Position numbers and translations under genes: made by a program. Below the pieces are notes generated by a model. The model did no database searches. It worked only from the letters and a program-made list of their open reading frames with translations, and was not told the origin of the DNA. A DNA stretch of 64,000 nt from Puniceicoccaceae bacterium. GTDB lineage: Bacteria > Verrucomicrobiota > Verrucomicrobiia > Opitutales > Oceanipulchritudinaceae. This document shows, piece by piece, positions 31,799 to 42,149 of the stretch (the first letter of the stretch is position 1; every line of letters starts with the position of its first letter). Where the stretch lies: the NCBI GenBank assembly GCA_040830765.1, contig JBFOMH010000017.1, positions 256,001 through 320,000 on the forward strand, in the 5' to 3' direction.

Positions 31799-32185
31799 AT
31801 GGCTAAACCGAATTCTGCCCTCGTCGCCGACGACGAAAACCATATCCGTTCTTATGTTCGGATTATCCTGAACCATCTTGGAATAGAAACTGTCTACGAA
31901 GCCAAATCCGGTGTGGAGGCAGTCGAGTCCTTCCAGGAAAACCGTCCGGATGTTGTCTTTCTTGACATCAACATGCCGGGATTGACCGGACTTGAGGCCT
32001 TGCCGAAGATCCTGGAGATTGATCCAGAAGCGGTTGTTCTCATGCTGACCGGGCACGCCTCCCGCCACTTGGTTGAGGGAAGCGCCAAGGCCGGGGCGAC
32101 ACACTACATCCGAAAGGATACGCCGCAGCAGGAGATCACCAGCATGCTGAAGGAACTATTCAGCGAGATTTTTGGGGAGGAATAA
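31799..32185 (+). CDS. Single-domain CheY-like response regulator
   Basis: VADD, FLDINMP (phosphoacceptor Asp), LMLTG, YIRK; no output domain. Confidence 0.93.
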   Translation: MAKPNSALVADDENHIRSYVRIILNHLGIETVYEAKSGVEAVESFQENRPDVVFLDINMPGLTGLEALPKILEIDPEAVVLMLTGHASRHLVEGSAKAGATHYIRKDTPQQEITSMLKELFSEIFGEE

Positions 32186-32188
32186 AGC

Positions 32189-32389
32189 ATGAGTGAGAAC
32201 GAAGTCCCTGAAGGGGACCCGCATAAGCCAAACTTGCATGAGGTGCGCTATTCCCTGCGCGACCTTTTGGAAGAAGTCCAGGAAGAGCGCGAAGGATCGT
32301 CCATCGGGCAGGAGATCGTGGACCAGACCGAGATCAGCAAACTTTTCAACAAGAGAAAGAAGGTACGCGGTGGACAAAAGGGAGAATAA
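32189..32389 (+). CDS. Small hypothetical protein (66 aa) between the receiver and the ATPase
   Basis: GGAGG Shine-Dalgarno, starts 3 nt after the receiver stop, overlaps the ATPase start. Confidence 0.7.
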   Translation: MSENEVPEGDPHKPNLHEVRYSLRDLLEEVQEEREGSSIGQEIVDQTEISKLFNKRKKVRGGQKGE

Positions 32390-34100
32390 AGCATTTCTGG
32401 ACAAGATCCAGCAGGGTGAAGGCACCTTCATCTCAGAGGATATCGAACCGATCCTGCAGCGCTCGGGCGGGGCTACCCTGGCATTCCTTGAAGAGCTGAT
32501 AGAAAAGGAGCTCATCAGCAAGAGCCGCGCCTGCCGTATGTGGGCCGATTCGCTGGAAGTTGCCTATGTCAATCCCCTCATTGCGGTCGTAACGACTGAT
32601 GCCGTGCAGCGTATTCCCTTCGAGATTGCCCAGAAAGCGCAGGTAATCGGCCTCTACGTCATCAACAACGTTCTCACGGTGGCGATGGCCCATCCCGAGG
32701 ACAAACGCCTGCTGAAGCAACTGGAGGCCATTGCCAATGTCGAGGTATCGCCGGTCTTTGCCCCACCACGGGAAATTGAGCATGCCATCCAGATTTACTA
32801 CCAGACCCAGAACAACGTCGAGGACATCGAGAATTTTGAGAAGGAGCAGGAAGAGCTCCTCCGCACCCTGACGGATGAGGACCTGAAGGACCTCGCCTCC
32901 TCGAACAGCCTCAGTCGATTGCTCGATGGCATGATCTTCTTCGCTGTGCGTGAGCGGGCTTCTGACATCCACATGGAAGCTGGGGAGGACCATGCCACCG
33001 TCCGCTTCCGTATCGATGGCAAACTGATTCCCTACTATTCTTACGGCAAGGCCATCCACCGGGCCTTCGCGACCCGGATCAAGGTCCTTTGCCGTCTCAA
33101 TGTTGCGGAATCCCGTTTCCCGCAGGATGGCCGGTTTTCCATGCCTTTCGGGATGGGGCGGGCAGACTTCCGGGCCAGTTTGATTCCTACGGTCAACGGG
33201 ACAAAGGTTGTTCTCCGGATTTTGCCAGGGGTCAACCGTCGCGCGGTCATCAGCCTCGACCAGATGATGATGTCAACCAACATCATCGAACCCTTGAGGA
33301 GGCTTATCAAGAGTCCCAACGGGATCATCTTTGTCACCGGACCGACGGGTAGTGGTAAAACGACAACCCTTTATGCCGCGCTGGATGAATTGAATACGCC
33401 GGACCGGAACATTTCCACGATTGAGGATCCGGTGGAAATCAAGATCGATGGAATTACCCAATCCCAGGTCAATTCCCACATTGATCTCAATTTCGGGCTT
33501 CTGCTCCGTTCCATCTTGAGACAGGACCCGGATATCATCCTGGTTGGGGAAATCCGTGACCTTGAAACCGCCAAGATTGCCACCGAGGCGGCGCTGACCG
33601 GTCACCTTGTCCTCAGTACCCTGCACACCAACAACGCCATCCAGGCGATTCTTCGGATGATGGAAATCGGGATTGAGCCCTATATGGTCGCACCGTCGAT
33701 TATGGGTGTGCTTGGTCAACGCCTTGCCGCCCGCATCTGCGAGGGCTGCAAGCGGGCCTATTTCCCCGGACCAGAAGTCCTGGAGCGCTATTTCTACGAC
33801 ATTCCTGAGGATGTCAAAATCGCATTCTCGCAAGGTGTTGGTTGCCAGAGTTGCCGGCAGACAGGTTTCTCAGGGCGTATCTCCTTCCACGAACTACTGC
33901 TCGTTGATGATGCCATGCGAAGCATGATCAGCAGTGGGATGGGGCAGCACAAGCTGCTTCAGTATGCCACCAAGCTGGGATACCGCAGCCTGCGTTATGA
34001 CGGGTTCAAGAAGGTTCTCCTCGGGCTGACGACGATCGAGGAAATTGAAAAACATACCGTTCTGGAATGGGATCCTTCCATGGTTCAGGAAGAGGACTGA
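32370..34100 (+). CDS. GspE/PilB family secretion or pilus-extension ATPase
   Basis: [40 protein letters not shown], CxxC...CxxC; likely GTG start at 32370. Confidence 0.93.
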   Translation: MDKRENKAFLDKIQQGEGTFISEDIEPILQRSGGATLAFLEELIEKELISKSRACRMWADSLEVAYVNPLIAVVTTDAVQRIPFEIAQKAQVIGLYVINNVLTVAMAHPEDKRLLKQLEAIANVEVSPVFAPPREIEHAIQIYYQTQNNVEDIENFEKEQEELLRTLTDEDLKDLASSNSLSRLLDGMIFFAVRERASDIHMEAGEDHATVRFRIDGKLIPYYSYGKAIHRAFATRIKVLCRLNVAESRFPQDGRFSMPFGMGRADFRASLIPTVNGTKVVLRILPGVNRRAVISLDQMMMSTNIIEPLRRLIKSPNGIIFVTGPTGSGKTTTLYAALDELNTPDRNISTIEDPVEIKIDGITQSQVNSHIDLNFGLLLRSILRQDPDIILVGEIRDLETAKIATEAALTGHLVLSTLHTNNAIQAILRMMEIGIEPYMVAPSIMGVLGQRLAARICEGCKRAYFPGPEVLERYFYDIPEDVKIAFSQGVGCQSCRQTGFSGRISFHELLLVDDAMRSMISSGMGQHKLLQYATKLGYRSLRYDGFKKVLLGLTTIEEIEKHTVLEWDPSMVQEED

Positions 34101-34146
34101 TTCCCAGAACGGTCCAGACAGTCTAACTTATGGCTCTTCCTCCAGG

Positions 34147-35409
34147 ATGAACGGGGTTGCAGGCAGCATTGAGCGTGTCAAACTGCAGCTCAACCGCTTT
34201 GCCACCTTTACGGTGGATGTCATATACGGGCGCCGGACGGGAAGGGGTGCGGTCATCTGGGGTTCCGTCCTCTTTCTCCTGAGCCTCGTATTCCGTGGGA
34301 TCACCTACATTCGGCGTCAACTTTACCACTATCGGATTTTCCGCGCCCAGCACCTGGGTTGCCTGGTCGTGGTCGTGGGCAATCTCACGGTCGGGGGGAC
34401 CGGGAAGACGCCAGTAGTTGAGAAGCTTGCCCGAACCCTTCATGACAAGGGCCGCAAGGTAGCGATTCTCAGTCGTGGCTACAAAAGCAAGAAGGAGCCA
34501 TTCTGGGGTAAATGGCTTCGTTGGCTGCTGCACAAGCCGCCTGCACCTCCACGGGTAGTCAGTGACGGGACGACTATTTTTTTCGACTCTGAAGTTGCAG
34601 GTGACGAGCCCTACATGCTGGCGCGGAACTTGCCGGGGGTCGTGGTGGTGACCGACAAGGACAGGGTCAAGGCGGGACTCTATGCAATCCGGAAATTCGG
34701 GGTTGATACCCTGATTCTCGACGATGGCTTCCAGTACTTCCAGCTCAAGGATCACCTGCAGCTCCTGCTTATCGACAAGACCAATCCGTTTGGCAATGGG
34801 CACCTGCTGCCCCGTGGCTTATTGCGGGAACCTGTTCGCCAGATGGAGCGTGCCTCCTACGTGTTCCTGACAAAGTCCGAGGAAAAACCCTCCGAGGAAT
34901 TGCTCGAGACACTGCATCGCCACCGTTCCGAAAGCGAGTGGATTGAGTGCTCCCATCAGCCAAAGTACTTGCAGTCGGTCTTTGGCGACGACCAGCTTCA
35001 GCTGGACTGGCTGGAGGGAAAACGGGTCGGGGCCCTCAGCGGTATTGCCGTCCCGGAAAGTTTCGAGACCTTCCTTGATAAGCTTGGGGCCACTACCATT
35101 GAGCCGTTCCGCTTTCTGGATCATCACCGCTTCTCCGATCTGGAGCTGCGTCAGGTGAAGCGGAAAATAGCCGATGAACGTCTCGATGTGCTGGTGACAA
35201 CGGAAAAGGATGCCGTCAGGATAACAAAGGAATTCGATCCGGGATTGCCGTTCTATTTCCTCCGGGTGGAAATCAACCTCCTTTCCGGAGCCAATAACTT
35301 TGAGGAAGCTGTCCGGCGCATTTGCTTTCCGCGGCAGGCCTCTGATGCCGACCGCTGGGAAAGTGGCCTGACCCGGCCGCCTTTCCCTGCCGCCGAACGC
35401 CGGGCATAA
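34147..35409 (+). CDS. lpxK: Tetraacyldisaccharide 4'-kinase
   Basis: [46 protein letters not shown]. Confidence 0.96.
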   Translation: MNGVAGSIERVKLQLNRFATFTVDVIYGRRTGRGAVIWGSVLFLLSLVFRGITYIRRQLYHYRIFRAQHLGCLVVVVGNLTVGGTGKTPVVEKLARTLHDKGRKVAILSRGYKSKKEPFWGKWLRWLLHKPPAPPRVVSDGTTIFFDSEVAGDEPYMLARNLPGVVVVTDKDRVKAGLYAIRKFGVDTLILDDGFQYFQLKDHLQLLLIDKTNPFGNGHLLPRGLLREPVRQMERASYVFLTKSEEKPSEELLETLHRHRSESEWIECSHQPKYLQSVFGDDQLQLDWLEGKRVGALSGIAVPESFETFLDKLGATTIEPFRFLDHHRFSDLELRQVKRKIADERLDVLVTTEKDAVRITKEFDPGLPFYFLRVEINLLSGANNFEEAVRRICFPRQASDADRWESGLTRPPFPAAERRA

Positions 35410-35463
35410 TATATTGGAAAATCCTTTGCCGAATTCCATCAAATGTGACCAACATGGATTCCT

Positions 35464-36246
35464 ATGGAGATCACTTTCCTTGGTACGGGAACATCGCAGG
35501 GCGTTCCCATGATCGCACATGATCCCGGCGACAGCTGCGACTTGTCTGACAAGCGCAACTGGCGGACCCGGACCAGTGCCCATGTGAAGATGGGTGGGCA
35601 ATCCCTTCAGGTGGATGCGGCTCCTGAATTCCGTCTGCAATGTATCGAGAACAACATCGACGTGATTGATTACTTTTTCCTGACCCACGGGCATGCCGAT
35701 CATATCATGGGGATGGATGACCTGAGGCGGTTTATCGATCTCCGTGGCGGAACAGCCTTGCCTGTCTACAGTTCCGAGGAAGGCCTGCAGCGGGTGGCCA
35801 ACATTTTCCCCTATGCCATAAGGCCGAAACCGGAATTCAAGGGATATCCCGCCTTTGCTCTGCAACCCATGCCGGAAGTCCTTGAGCTTCCCTCCGGCAA
35901 GGTGGCCTTTACCCCCCTGCCGCATGGACGCATGGAGGTTATGGGGCTCGTCTTCACCGAAAAGGAGAGTGGCCGGAAGCTGGCCTACTACACGGATTGC
36001 AAGCGCTTGACGCCAAAAGCCAAGGAGTTGGCTGCGGACGCAGACCTTGTGGTCCTCGACGCGCTTCGCCCGATGCCCCATCCAACCCACATGACCCTGC
36101 ATGAGGCTATCGAAACCGCCTTGGAGTTGTCTGCCCCGCAAACGTTCTTCACCCACATGACCTACATGATCGATCATGCCCGGGACAGCAGGAAACTACC
36201 ACGCGGTATGGCCTTCGCCTATGATGGCCTGAAGGTCACCATCTAG
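35464..36246 (+). CDS. MBL-fold metallo-hydrolase (PhnP-like)
   Basis: FLGTGTSQGVP, THGHADHIMG, AYDGL. Confidence 0.9.
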   Translation: MEITFLGTGTSQGVPMIAHDPGDSCDLSDKRNWRTRTSAHVKMGGQSLQVDAAPEFRLQCIENNIDVIDYFFLTHGHADHIMGMDDLRRFIDLRGGTALPVYSSEEGLQRVANIFPYAIRPKPEFKGYPAFALQPMPEVLELPSGKVAFTPLPHGRMEVMGLVFTEKESGRKLAYYTDCKRLTPKAKELAADADLVVLDALRPMPHPTHMTLHEAIETALELSAPQTFFTHMTYMIDHARDSRKLPRGMAFAYDGLKVTI

Positions 36247-36252
36247 GCAGAT

Positions 36253-36627
36253 TCAGTTGCCTCCCTTGAGGGCGATACGGTGAATGTGCTGGCATTCCTC
36301 GATACTGCCCAGAGCAGTCAGGATACGCGACTCCATGAAGCGGATTTCACTTCTCAAGGTGGGGTTGGCCACCTGGATGAGAAGCGTACCCTTGTCAATC
36401 CGCTCCGGCCGGCAGCGCCTTGCCAGGGTCTTTCCGACAATGCGTTCCCAGTTCTCGAGCACGGCTTCTTCCGGAGTGTGCTTTCCAATGTGATACTTCT
36501 CGATGCAAATTTCCAGCAGGCTATCCAACGGCTTGGACCCGGGGCCCTTCAGGTTACCAGGATCATCCGGTAGATTGCGTAGGCTGGCAATCATCCGCTC
36601 AACTTCCTCTGGAAAGGGTTTTTTCAA
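36253..36627 (-). CDS. DUF721 / DciA family protein
   Basis: W..IVG..LA..C.P..I..G.L.I pattern. Confidence 0.75.
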   Translation of the reverse strand: MKKPFPEEVERMIASLRNLPDDPGNLKGPGSKPLDSLLEICIEKYHIGKHTPEEAVLENWERIVGKTLARRCRPERIDKGTLLIQVANPTLRSEIRFMESRILTALGSIEECQHIHRIALKGGN

Positions 36628-36638
36628 AACAGTCTTCC

Positions 36639-38039
36639 TTAAAGGGAATGAATGGCCCTTCCATCAACGGCAAGGGCCGCTTCCTTGAGCGACTCACTGA
36701 TTGTCGGGTGGGCGTGGATGGTTCCGGCAAGGTCCTCTGCACTGCCTCCGTATTCCATGTGGGCGACAAGGGATGCGATTATCTCGGAAGCACCGGAAGC
36801 GACTATCGCAGCCCCGAGGATGCGATCATCATCAGCTGCGGCAATGACCTTGGCCATGCCACTGGTAGCGGCTTGGGCAATTGCCCGACCATTGGCAAGA
36901 AGCGGGAAGGTTCCCACCTTGTATTCAATTCCGCTTTCCTTCGCCTGGCGTTCGGTCATGCCAACCGATGCGATTTCCGGTTCCGTGTAGATGACATTGG
37001 GTACCCGGCTGTAATCAGCATGCCCTGCCTTGCCGGCAATCAATTCAGCCACTGCAACGCCATCCTCCTCAGCCTTGTGGGCCAGCATCGGACCTTCAAT
37101 GACGTCACCAATGGCCCAAATGCCATCAACCGTTGTCTTGAATCCGGACACCGGGATCCGTCCCTTGTCGTCCGGTTCGATCCCCACCTGCTCAAGCCCG
37201 AGGTTTTCGGTGAACGGTTTGCGGCCCACCGCGACCAGAACTTTTTCCGCTTCAAAAGTGACAGCCTTACCCTTCTTTTCCGCAGTCACAGCCACCTGAT
37301 CCCCCTTGATTTCACAGCCCGTCACCTTGGTTGAGGTATGGAAGCTCATCCCTTGCTTTTTAAAGGTCCGTTCGGCCAGCTTGCTGACATCGTCATCCGA
37401 GCCGGCCGCAATGGTTGGCAGAAACTCGACAAAGGTCACCTCGGACCCCAGACGGGACCAAACGGACCCGATTTCCAGGCCAATGGCTCCGGCCCCGATC
37501 ACGAGAAGGGAAGAAGGGATGGAATCAAAGGCAATAGCCTCGGTACTGGAGACAATCCGTTGACCATCCATCTCAATGAACGGCAGGGTGACCGGGACCG
37601 AACCTGTCGCGATTACGATGTTATCCGCTTCCAGTTGAATGGGTTCTCCCTCTCCGGGGATGACGTCAACTTTACCCTTTGAGGCGATCCGGCCCATTCC
37701 CTCAAAGACAGCGATCTTTCTTTTGGAAAGGAGCGTTTCCACTCCCTTGCGAAGTTGGTTAACAACGGCTGTTTTGCGCTCCATCAGCTTTCCAACGTCG
37801 GGTTGCAACTTCTCAAATACCAGACCGTGGGCTTCCCCGTGCTGGGCCTCGTGGTACAACTCCGTCGAGTGGAGGAGGGCCTTGCTGGGGATGCATCCCA
37901 CGTTCAGGCAGGTGCCCCCAAGATGGGGGTCCTTCTCCACAACAGCCGTACGCAGACCCAGTTGTGCGCAACGGATGGCGCAAACGTAACCTCCCGGCCC
38001 TGAGCCAATAACAATAACATCAAATTTTTCTTCTGCCAT
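36639..38039 (-). CDS. lpdA: Dihydrolipoyl dehydrogenase (E3)
   Basis: [33 protein letters not shown]. Confidence 0.97.
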   Translation of the reverse strand: MAEEKFDVIVIGSGPGGYVCAIRCAQLGLRTAVVEKDPHLGGTCLNVGCIPSKALLHSTELYHEAQHGEAHGLVFEKLQPDVGKLMERKTAVVNQLRKGVETLLSKRKIAVFEGMGRIASKGKVDVIPGEGEPIQLEADNIVIATGSVPVTLPFIEMDGQRIVSSTEAIAFDSIPSSLLVIGAGAIGLEIGSVWSRLGSEVTFVEFLPTIAAGSDDDVSKLAERTFKKQGMSFHTSTKVTGCEIKGDQVAVTAEKKGKAVTFEAEKVLVAVGRKPFTENLGLEQVGIEPDDKGRIPVSGFKTTVDGIWAIGDVIEGPMLAHKAEEDGVAVAELIAGKAGHADYSRVPNVIYTEPEIASVGMTERQAKESGIEYKVGTFPLLANGRAIAQAATSGMAKVIAAADDDRILGAAIVASGASEIIASLVAHMEYGGSAEDLAGTIHAHPTISESLKEAALAVDGRAIHSL

Positions 38040-38050
38040 GGTCTTGCTGG

Positions 38051-39253
38051 TTATATTTCAAAGAGCAGGCGGGCCGGATCCTCAATCGCCTGCTTGAGGG
38101 CGACAAGGAAGGTAACTGCTTCCCGGCCATCGACGAGACGGTGATCATAGCTCAGGGCCAGGTACATCATTGGGCGGATGACAACTTCCCCGTTTACCGC
38201 CATGGGCCTGTCTTGAATCGTGTGCATTCCGAGAATGCCCGACTGGGGCGTGTTCAGGATGGGAGTGGAGAGCATGGAACCGAAGATTCCTCCATTACTG
38301 ATGGTGAAAACACCACCCTGAAGGTCATCGATGGTGATTTTGCCATCCTTGGCCTTGTTGGCGTAGCCGATGATATCCTGTTCAATGGTTGCGAAGGACT
38401 TTGTCTCGCAGTCCCGGACAACGGGAACCATCAATCCCTTGGGGGTACTGACGGCCACCCCAATGTCGTAGTAGTTATTGGTGACAATCTCGTCCCCGTC
38501 CACCTGGGCATTGATTGCCGGTACTTGCTTGAGGGCGTGGACAGCTGCCTTAACGAAGAAACTCATGAAACCCAATTTGACCCCGTGACGCTTCACGAAA
38601 GCTTCCTGATGCGTCTTGCGATAATTCATGACCGCACTCATGTCGACTTCGTTGAAGGTGGTCAGCATGGCTGTCGTCTGCTGAGCCTCGACCAAACGCT
38701 TGGCGATGGTCCGGCGCAGCGGTGACATCTTCTTCCGGGTGGTCCGGGAGATGGCGGGCGGGGTTGCCGGAGCTTCCGTTCCGCTTCCCGGCTTCCCGGC
38801 TTCCTTCCCTTCGATTGCCTGCAACATGTCACCTTTTGTGACACGCCCTCCCTTGCCGGTGCCACTCACCGATTCCGGTTCAATGCCTGATTCCGCGGCC
38901 AGGCGCCGGACTGACGGTGGGTGCTGACCCGATGGGGGCCTTTGCTTCTCGTCTTCCACGGAGGCCTCTCCAGAAGTCGGTTCAGGAGTCTCCACCTTGT
39001 CGCTCTCCGGCTTGCTGGCGGACTCGTCGATGACCGCGACAACGCTCCCAATTTCGACCTCGTCGCCTTCATCTGCCTTTAGTTCAATTGTCCCGGAGAC
39101 TTCGGCTGCTCCTTCTGAAGTGATTTTGTCGGTTTCGAGGTCATACAATGGTTGACCGGTTTCCACGTAATCACCGTTCTTGACGTGCCAGGCGGCAAGG
39201 ATTCCGCTGGTTATGGATTCACCCAGGGTGGGGATTTTGACGTCGGTAGACAT
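38051..39253 (-). CDS. sucB: 2-oxoglutarate dehydrogenase E2, dihydrolipoyl succinyltransferase
   Basis: Lipoyl [33 protein letters not shown]. Confidence 0.97.
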   Translation of the reverse strand: MSTDVKIPTLGESITSGILAAWHVKNGDYVETGQPLYDLETDKITSEGAAEVSGTIELKADEGDEVEIGSVVAVIDESASKPESDKVETPEPTSGEASVEDEKQRPPSGQHPPSVRRLAAESGIEPESVSGTGKGGRVTKGDMLQAIEGKEAGKPGSGTEAPATPPAISRTTRKKMSPLRRTIAKRLVEAQQTTAMLTTFNEVDMSAVMNYRKTHQEAFVKRHGVKLGFMSFFVKAAVHALKQVPAINAQVDGDEIVTNNYYDIGVAVSTPKGLMVPVVRDCETKSFATIEQDIIGYANKAKDGKITIDDLQGGVFTISNGGIFGSMLSTPILNTPQSGILGMHTIQDRPMAVNGEVVIRPMMYLALSYDHRLVDGREAVTFLVALKQAIEDPARLLFEI

Positions 39254-39268
39254 ATTCCGTTCGTTCTC

Positions 39269-42013
39269 CTAGTTGATGGTAAAGGCGTCTTCAATCAATT
39301 GTTGTTGCTCAATCTTGTGGACCGCAAGGGAGCCAACAGCCGTGCTGGCGGCCGCATCCCGACCGGCGTAGGCGGGACGCCTGCCTGTCACGTCCTCGAT
39401 GTAGGGCAGCAGGAATCGCCATGCCCCCATATTTTCCGGTTCTTCCTGGCACCAGACAAGGGTCTTGAACTTTCCGTAGGGCTTGAGCACCTCTGCCAGC
39501 AAATCCTTGTTGAACGGATAAAACTGCTCAACCCGGACGATGGCGGTGTCCTTTTTCCCATGGGCCCGTCGGTACTCCAGCAGCTCATAGTATATCTTGC
39601 CGGAGCACATGATAACCCGGTTGGGCGAGGTAATGGAGTTGTCGCTCTCCGGCAAAATCGACTTGAAACAGGTGTCGGTGAATTCCGCGATTGAGGAGAC
39701 CGCCTCCCGGTGCCGCAGGAGGCTTTTGGGAGACATGATGACAAGCGGTTTGCGGAAGGCGCGGTGCATTTGCCGGCGCAGGATGTGGAAGAACTGTGCC
39801 GGCGTGCTCAGGTTGGCGACTTGGATGTTGTCCTCCGCGCACAGTTGCAGGAAACGCTCCAGACGCGCGGATGAGTGCTCCGGACCCTGCCCCTCGTATC
39901 CGTGGGGAAGGAGCATGACCAGACCGGAGACCCGCTGCCATTTGGATTCCGAGCTGGAAATGAACTGGTCGATGATCACTTGGGCCCCATTGACGAAATC
40001 CCCGAACTGGGCCTCCCACATGCAGAGCATGTCCGGGAAATCGAGCGAGTATCCGTAGTCAAACCCGAGGACAGCCGCTTCGCTCAAGAGCGAGTTATGG
40101 ACACAGAGCATTCCCTTGCGATCCTCCATTTCCATCAGGGGAACGTATTTCTCGCGGGTTTCCGTATCGAAAAAGATGGCATGCCGTTGGGAGAAGGTTC
40201 CCCGGACGCAGTCCTGGCCGGACAACCGGACATGGTATCCCTCGAGCATGAGGGTTCCCCAGGCCAGGGACTCGGCGAAGGCCCAATCAATTCCCTTGTC
40301 CTCCTCGAAATTCTGCAACTTGGTTTCCAGTTGCCGCAAAATCTTGCGGTTCAGGTTGAATGAATCCGGAAAGCGGGTTAGGGCCCGGGCCACGGTTTCC
40401 AGTTCCCCGGCTTCAACCGCAGTCGGAATGTCCTCAAAGGCGTAACTTGGCTGGTAGACCCGGGCAGCCTCTTCAGAGACGGGCGCTTGTGGAACCGAGG
40501 CCATTTCCTTCTGCTTCTCATAGAAATGTTGCAGGTCGCCATGGCGAAGGTCCCGGATGGCCTGGACCTCCTCCGGCTTGAGGACGCTGGCATCAAGGAG
40601 CTTCCTGGAGTAAATGTCGCAGACTGTCGGGTGGTCCTTGATTTTCTGGTACAGGGTCGGCTGGGTGAAGGCCGGCTCGTCTGACTCGTTGTGACCGTGG
40701 CGTCGGTAGCAGTACATGTCGATGACGACGTCTTTGCCGAATTCCTGACGAAACTCCAGGGCCGTCTCCATGACGCGCACAACCGCCTCCGGATCGTCAC
40801 CATTGACGTGGAATATCGGGGCTTCAATCATCTTGGCCACGTCGGTGCAGTAAAGCGAGGACCGGGCTTCCGAAGGGTCTGTCGTGAATCCAATCTGGTT
40901 GTTGATGATGAGGTGAATAGTTCCACCGGTGCTGTAGCCTGGCAGCTGGGAGAAGTTCAGGACCTCGGCGACGACTCCCTGGCCGGCAAAGGCCGCATCC
41001 CCGTGGATAAGGACCGGGAGCACCTTCTTGCGGTCTGGCAGGTCATTAAGGATGCGCTGACGGGCCCGTGCCCGGCCTTCGACGACTGGATTCACTGCTT
41101 CCAGGTGGCTCGGGTTGGCCGCCATGAAGAGGCGCATAGCCTCTTTGCGGGTATTCTCGACCGTTGCCTCAAAGCCGAGGTGGTACTTCACGTCCCCGTC
41201 GCCATGCAGGGTTTGGGGGAGATAGTTCTCTGAAAACTCATGGAAGATGTAGGCGTAGCTTTTACGGAAGACATTCGCCAGCACATTGAGACGGCCACGG
41301 TGCGCCATTCCCATGACCAGTTCCTCCAGCCCGAGGGAGGGTCCAATCTCAATCAATGTGTCGATGGCCGGGATTACCGTCTCCGCACCTTCGAGTCCAA
41401 AGCGCTTCTGGCCGACATAATTCTTGTGCAGGAAGCGCTCGAACTCTTCCGCCTTGATGAGCCGATCCAGAATACGATGGCGCCGATCCCGGTCCATCGT
41501 GTCGGTGGTGCCGTCCTCCGGCTCCAGTTTGGACTGCAACCACCGGCGTTCAGGCGTCTCCTGGATGTGCAGGTACTCAATGCCTACCGGGCCACAGTAG
41601 ATTTTCTGCATCCGCTCAATCAGCTCCCGCAGCGACATGCGCTTTCCATCGAGGAAGTTGCCGGTCCAGAATACCTGATCCAGATCCGCCTCCCGGAAGC
41701 CGAGGCGCTCAAGGGTCAGGCGCGGATTTTGCGGCACTTCCTTGAAGAGGGGATTGATGTCAGCCTGAGTGTGCCCGATCGACCGGTAAGCGTAGATGGC
41801 CCCCGTGAAGCGTGCCTGCTTGATGGCCATGTCCGTATCCCCTGCCTCCAGGGTCGTTTCCGGCAGGGCTCCGGCGGCTTCTCCCCCAAGGGCATATCCT
41901 TCGAAAAATGCCTTCCATAAGGGATCGAGACTTTCCGGCGCTTCCCTCCATTGGATGTACTTCTCGTCAATGAGGTCGGCGTTCCAGCGATTGGCAAATG
42001 TTAAGTTACTCAT
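39269..42013 (-). CDS. sucA: 2-oxoglutarate dehydrogenase E1
   Basis: GMAHRGRLN, GDVKYH, NPSHLE, HGDAAF, WEAQFGDF, GPEHSSAR. Confidence 0.97.
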   Translation of the reverse strand: MSNLTFANRWNADLIDEKYIQWREAPESLDPLWKAFFEGYALGGEAAGALPETTLEAGDTDMAIKQARFTGAIYAYRSIGHTQADINPLFKEVPQNPRLTLERLGFREADLDQVFWTGNFLDGKRMSLRELIERMQKIYCGPVGIEYLHIQETPERRWLQSKLEPEDGTTDTMDRDRRHRILDRLIKAEEFERFLHKNYVGQKRFGLEGAETVIPAIDTLIEIGPSLGLEELVMGMAHRGRLNVLANVFRKSYAYIFHEFSENYLPQTLHGDGDVKYHLGFEATVENTRKEAMRLFMAANPSHLEAVNPVVEGRARARQRILNDLPDRKKVLPVLIHGDAAFAGQGVVAEVLNFSQLPGYSTGGTIHLIINNQIGFTTDPSEARSSLYCTDVAKMIEAPIFHVNGDDPEAVVRVMETALEFRQEFGKDVVIDMYCYRRHGHNESDEPAFTQPTLYQKIKDHPTVCDIYSRKLLDASVLKPEEVQAIRDLRHGDLQHFYEKQKEMASVPQAPVSEEAARVYQPSYAFEDIPTAVEAGELETVARALTRFPDSFNLNRKILRQLETKLQNFEEDKGIDWAFAESLAWGTLMLEGYHVRLSGQDCVRGTFSQRHAIFFDTETREKYVPLMEMEDRKGMLCVHNSLLSEAAVLGFDYGYSLDFPDMLCMWEAQFGDFVNGAQVIIDQFISSSESKWQRVSGLVMLLPHGYEGQGPEHSSARLERFLQLCAEDNIQVANLSTPAQFFHILRRQMHRAFRKPLVIMSPKSLLRHREAVSSIAEFTDTCFKSILPESDNSITSPNRVIMCSGKIYYELLEYRRAHGKKDTAIVRVEQFYPFNKDLLAEVLKPYGKFKTLVWCQEEPENMGAWRFLLPYIEDVTGRRPAYAGRDAAASTAVGSLAVHKIEQQQLIEDAFTIN

Positions 42014-42149
42014 TTTTCAGGTTAACAATTAGCCATACATCCTTACATACAAATGCTTGGCTGACAACCTGATGTGGAGACGAAGCCGCAATCATTAATA
42101 AAAGGAATGCGACGCAGAAGCGAGATTAGCGTAGCTGCACGGGCTGCAG

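Noticed and set aside
32193..32369. 59-aa N-terminal extension of the ATPase in the ORF track
   Set aside because: Overlaps the SD-supported 66-aa ORF in another frame and looks non-protein-like; GTG 32370 preferred
34819..36177. 452-aa minus-strand ORF
   Set aside because: Antisense to lpxK and the MBL hydrolase; no motifs; expected from codon bias
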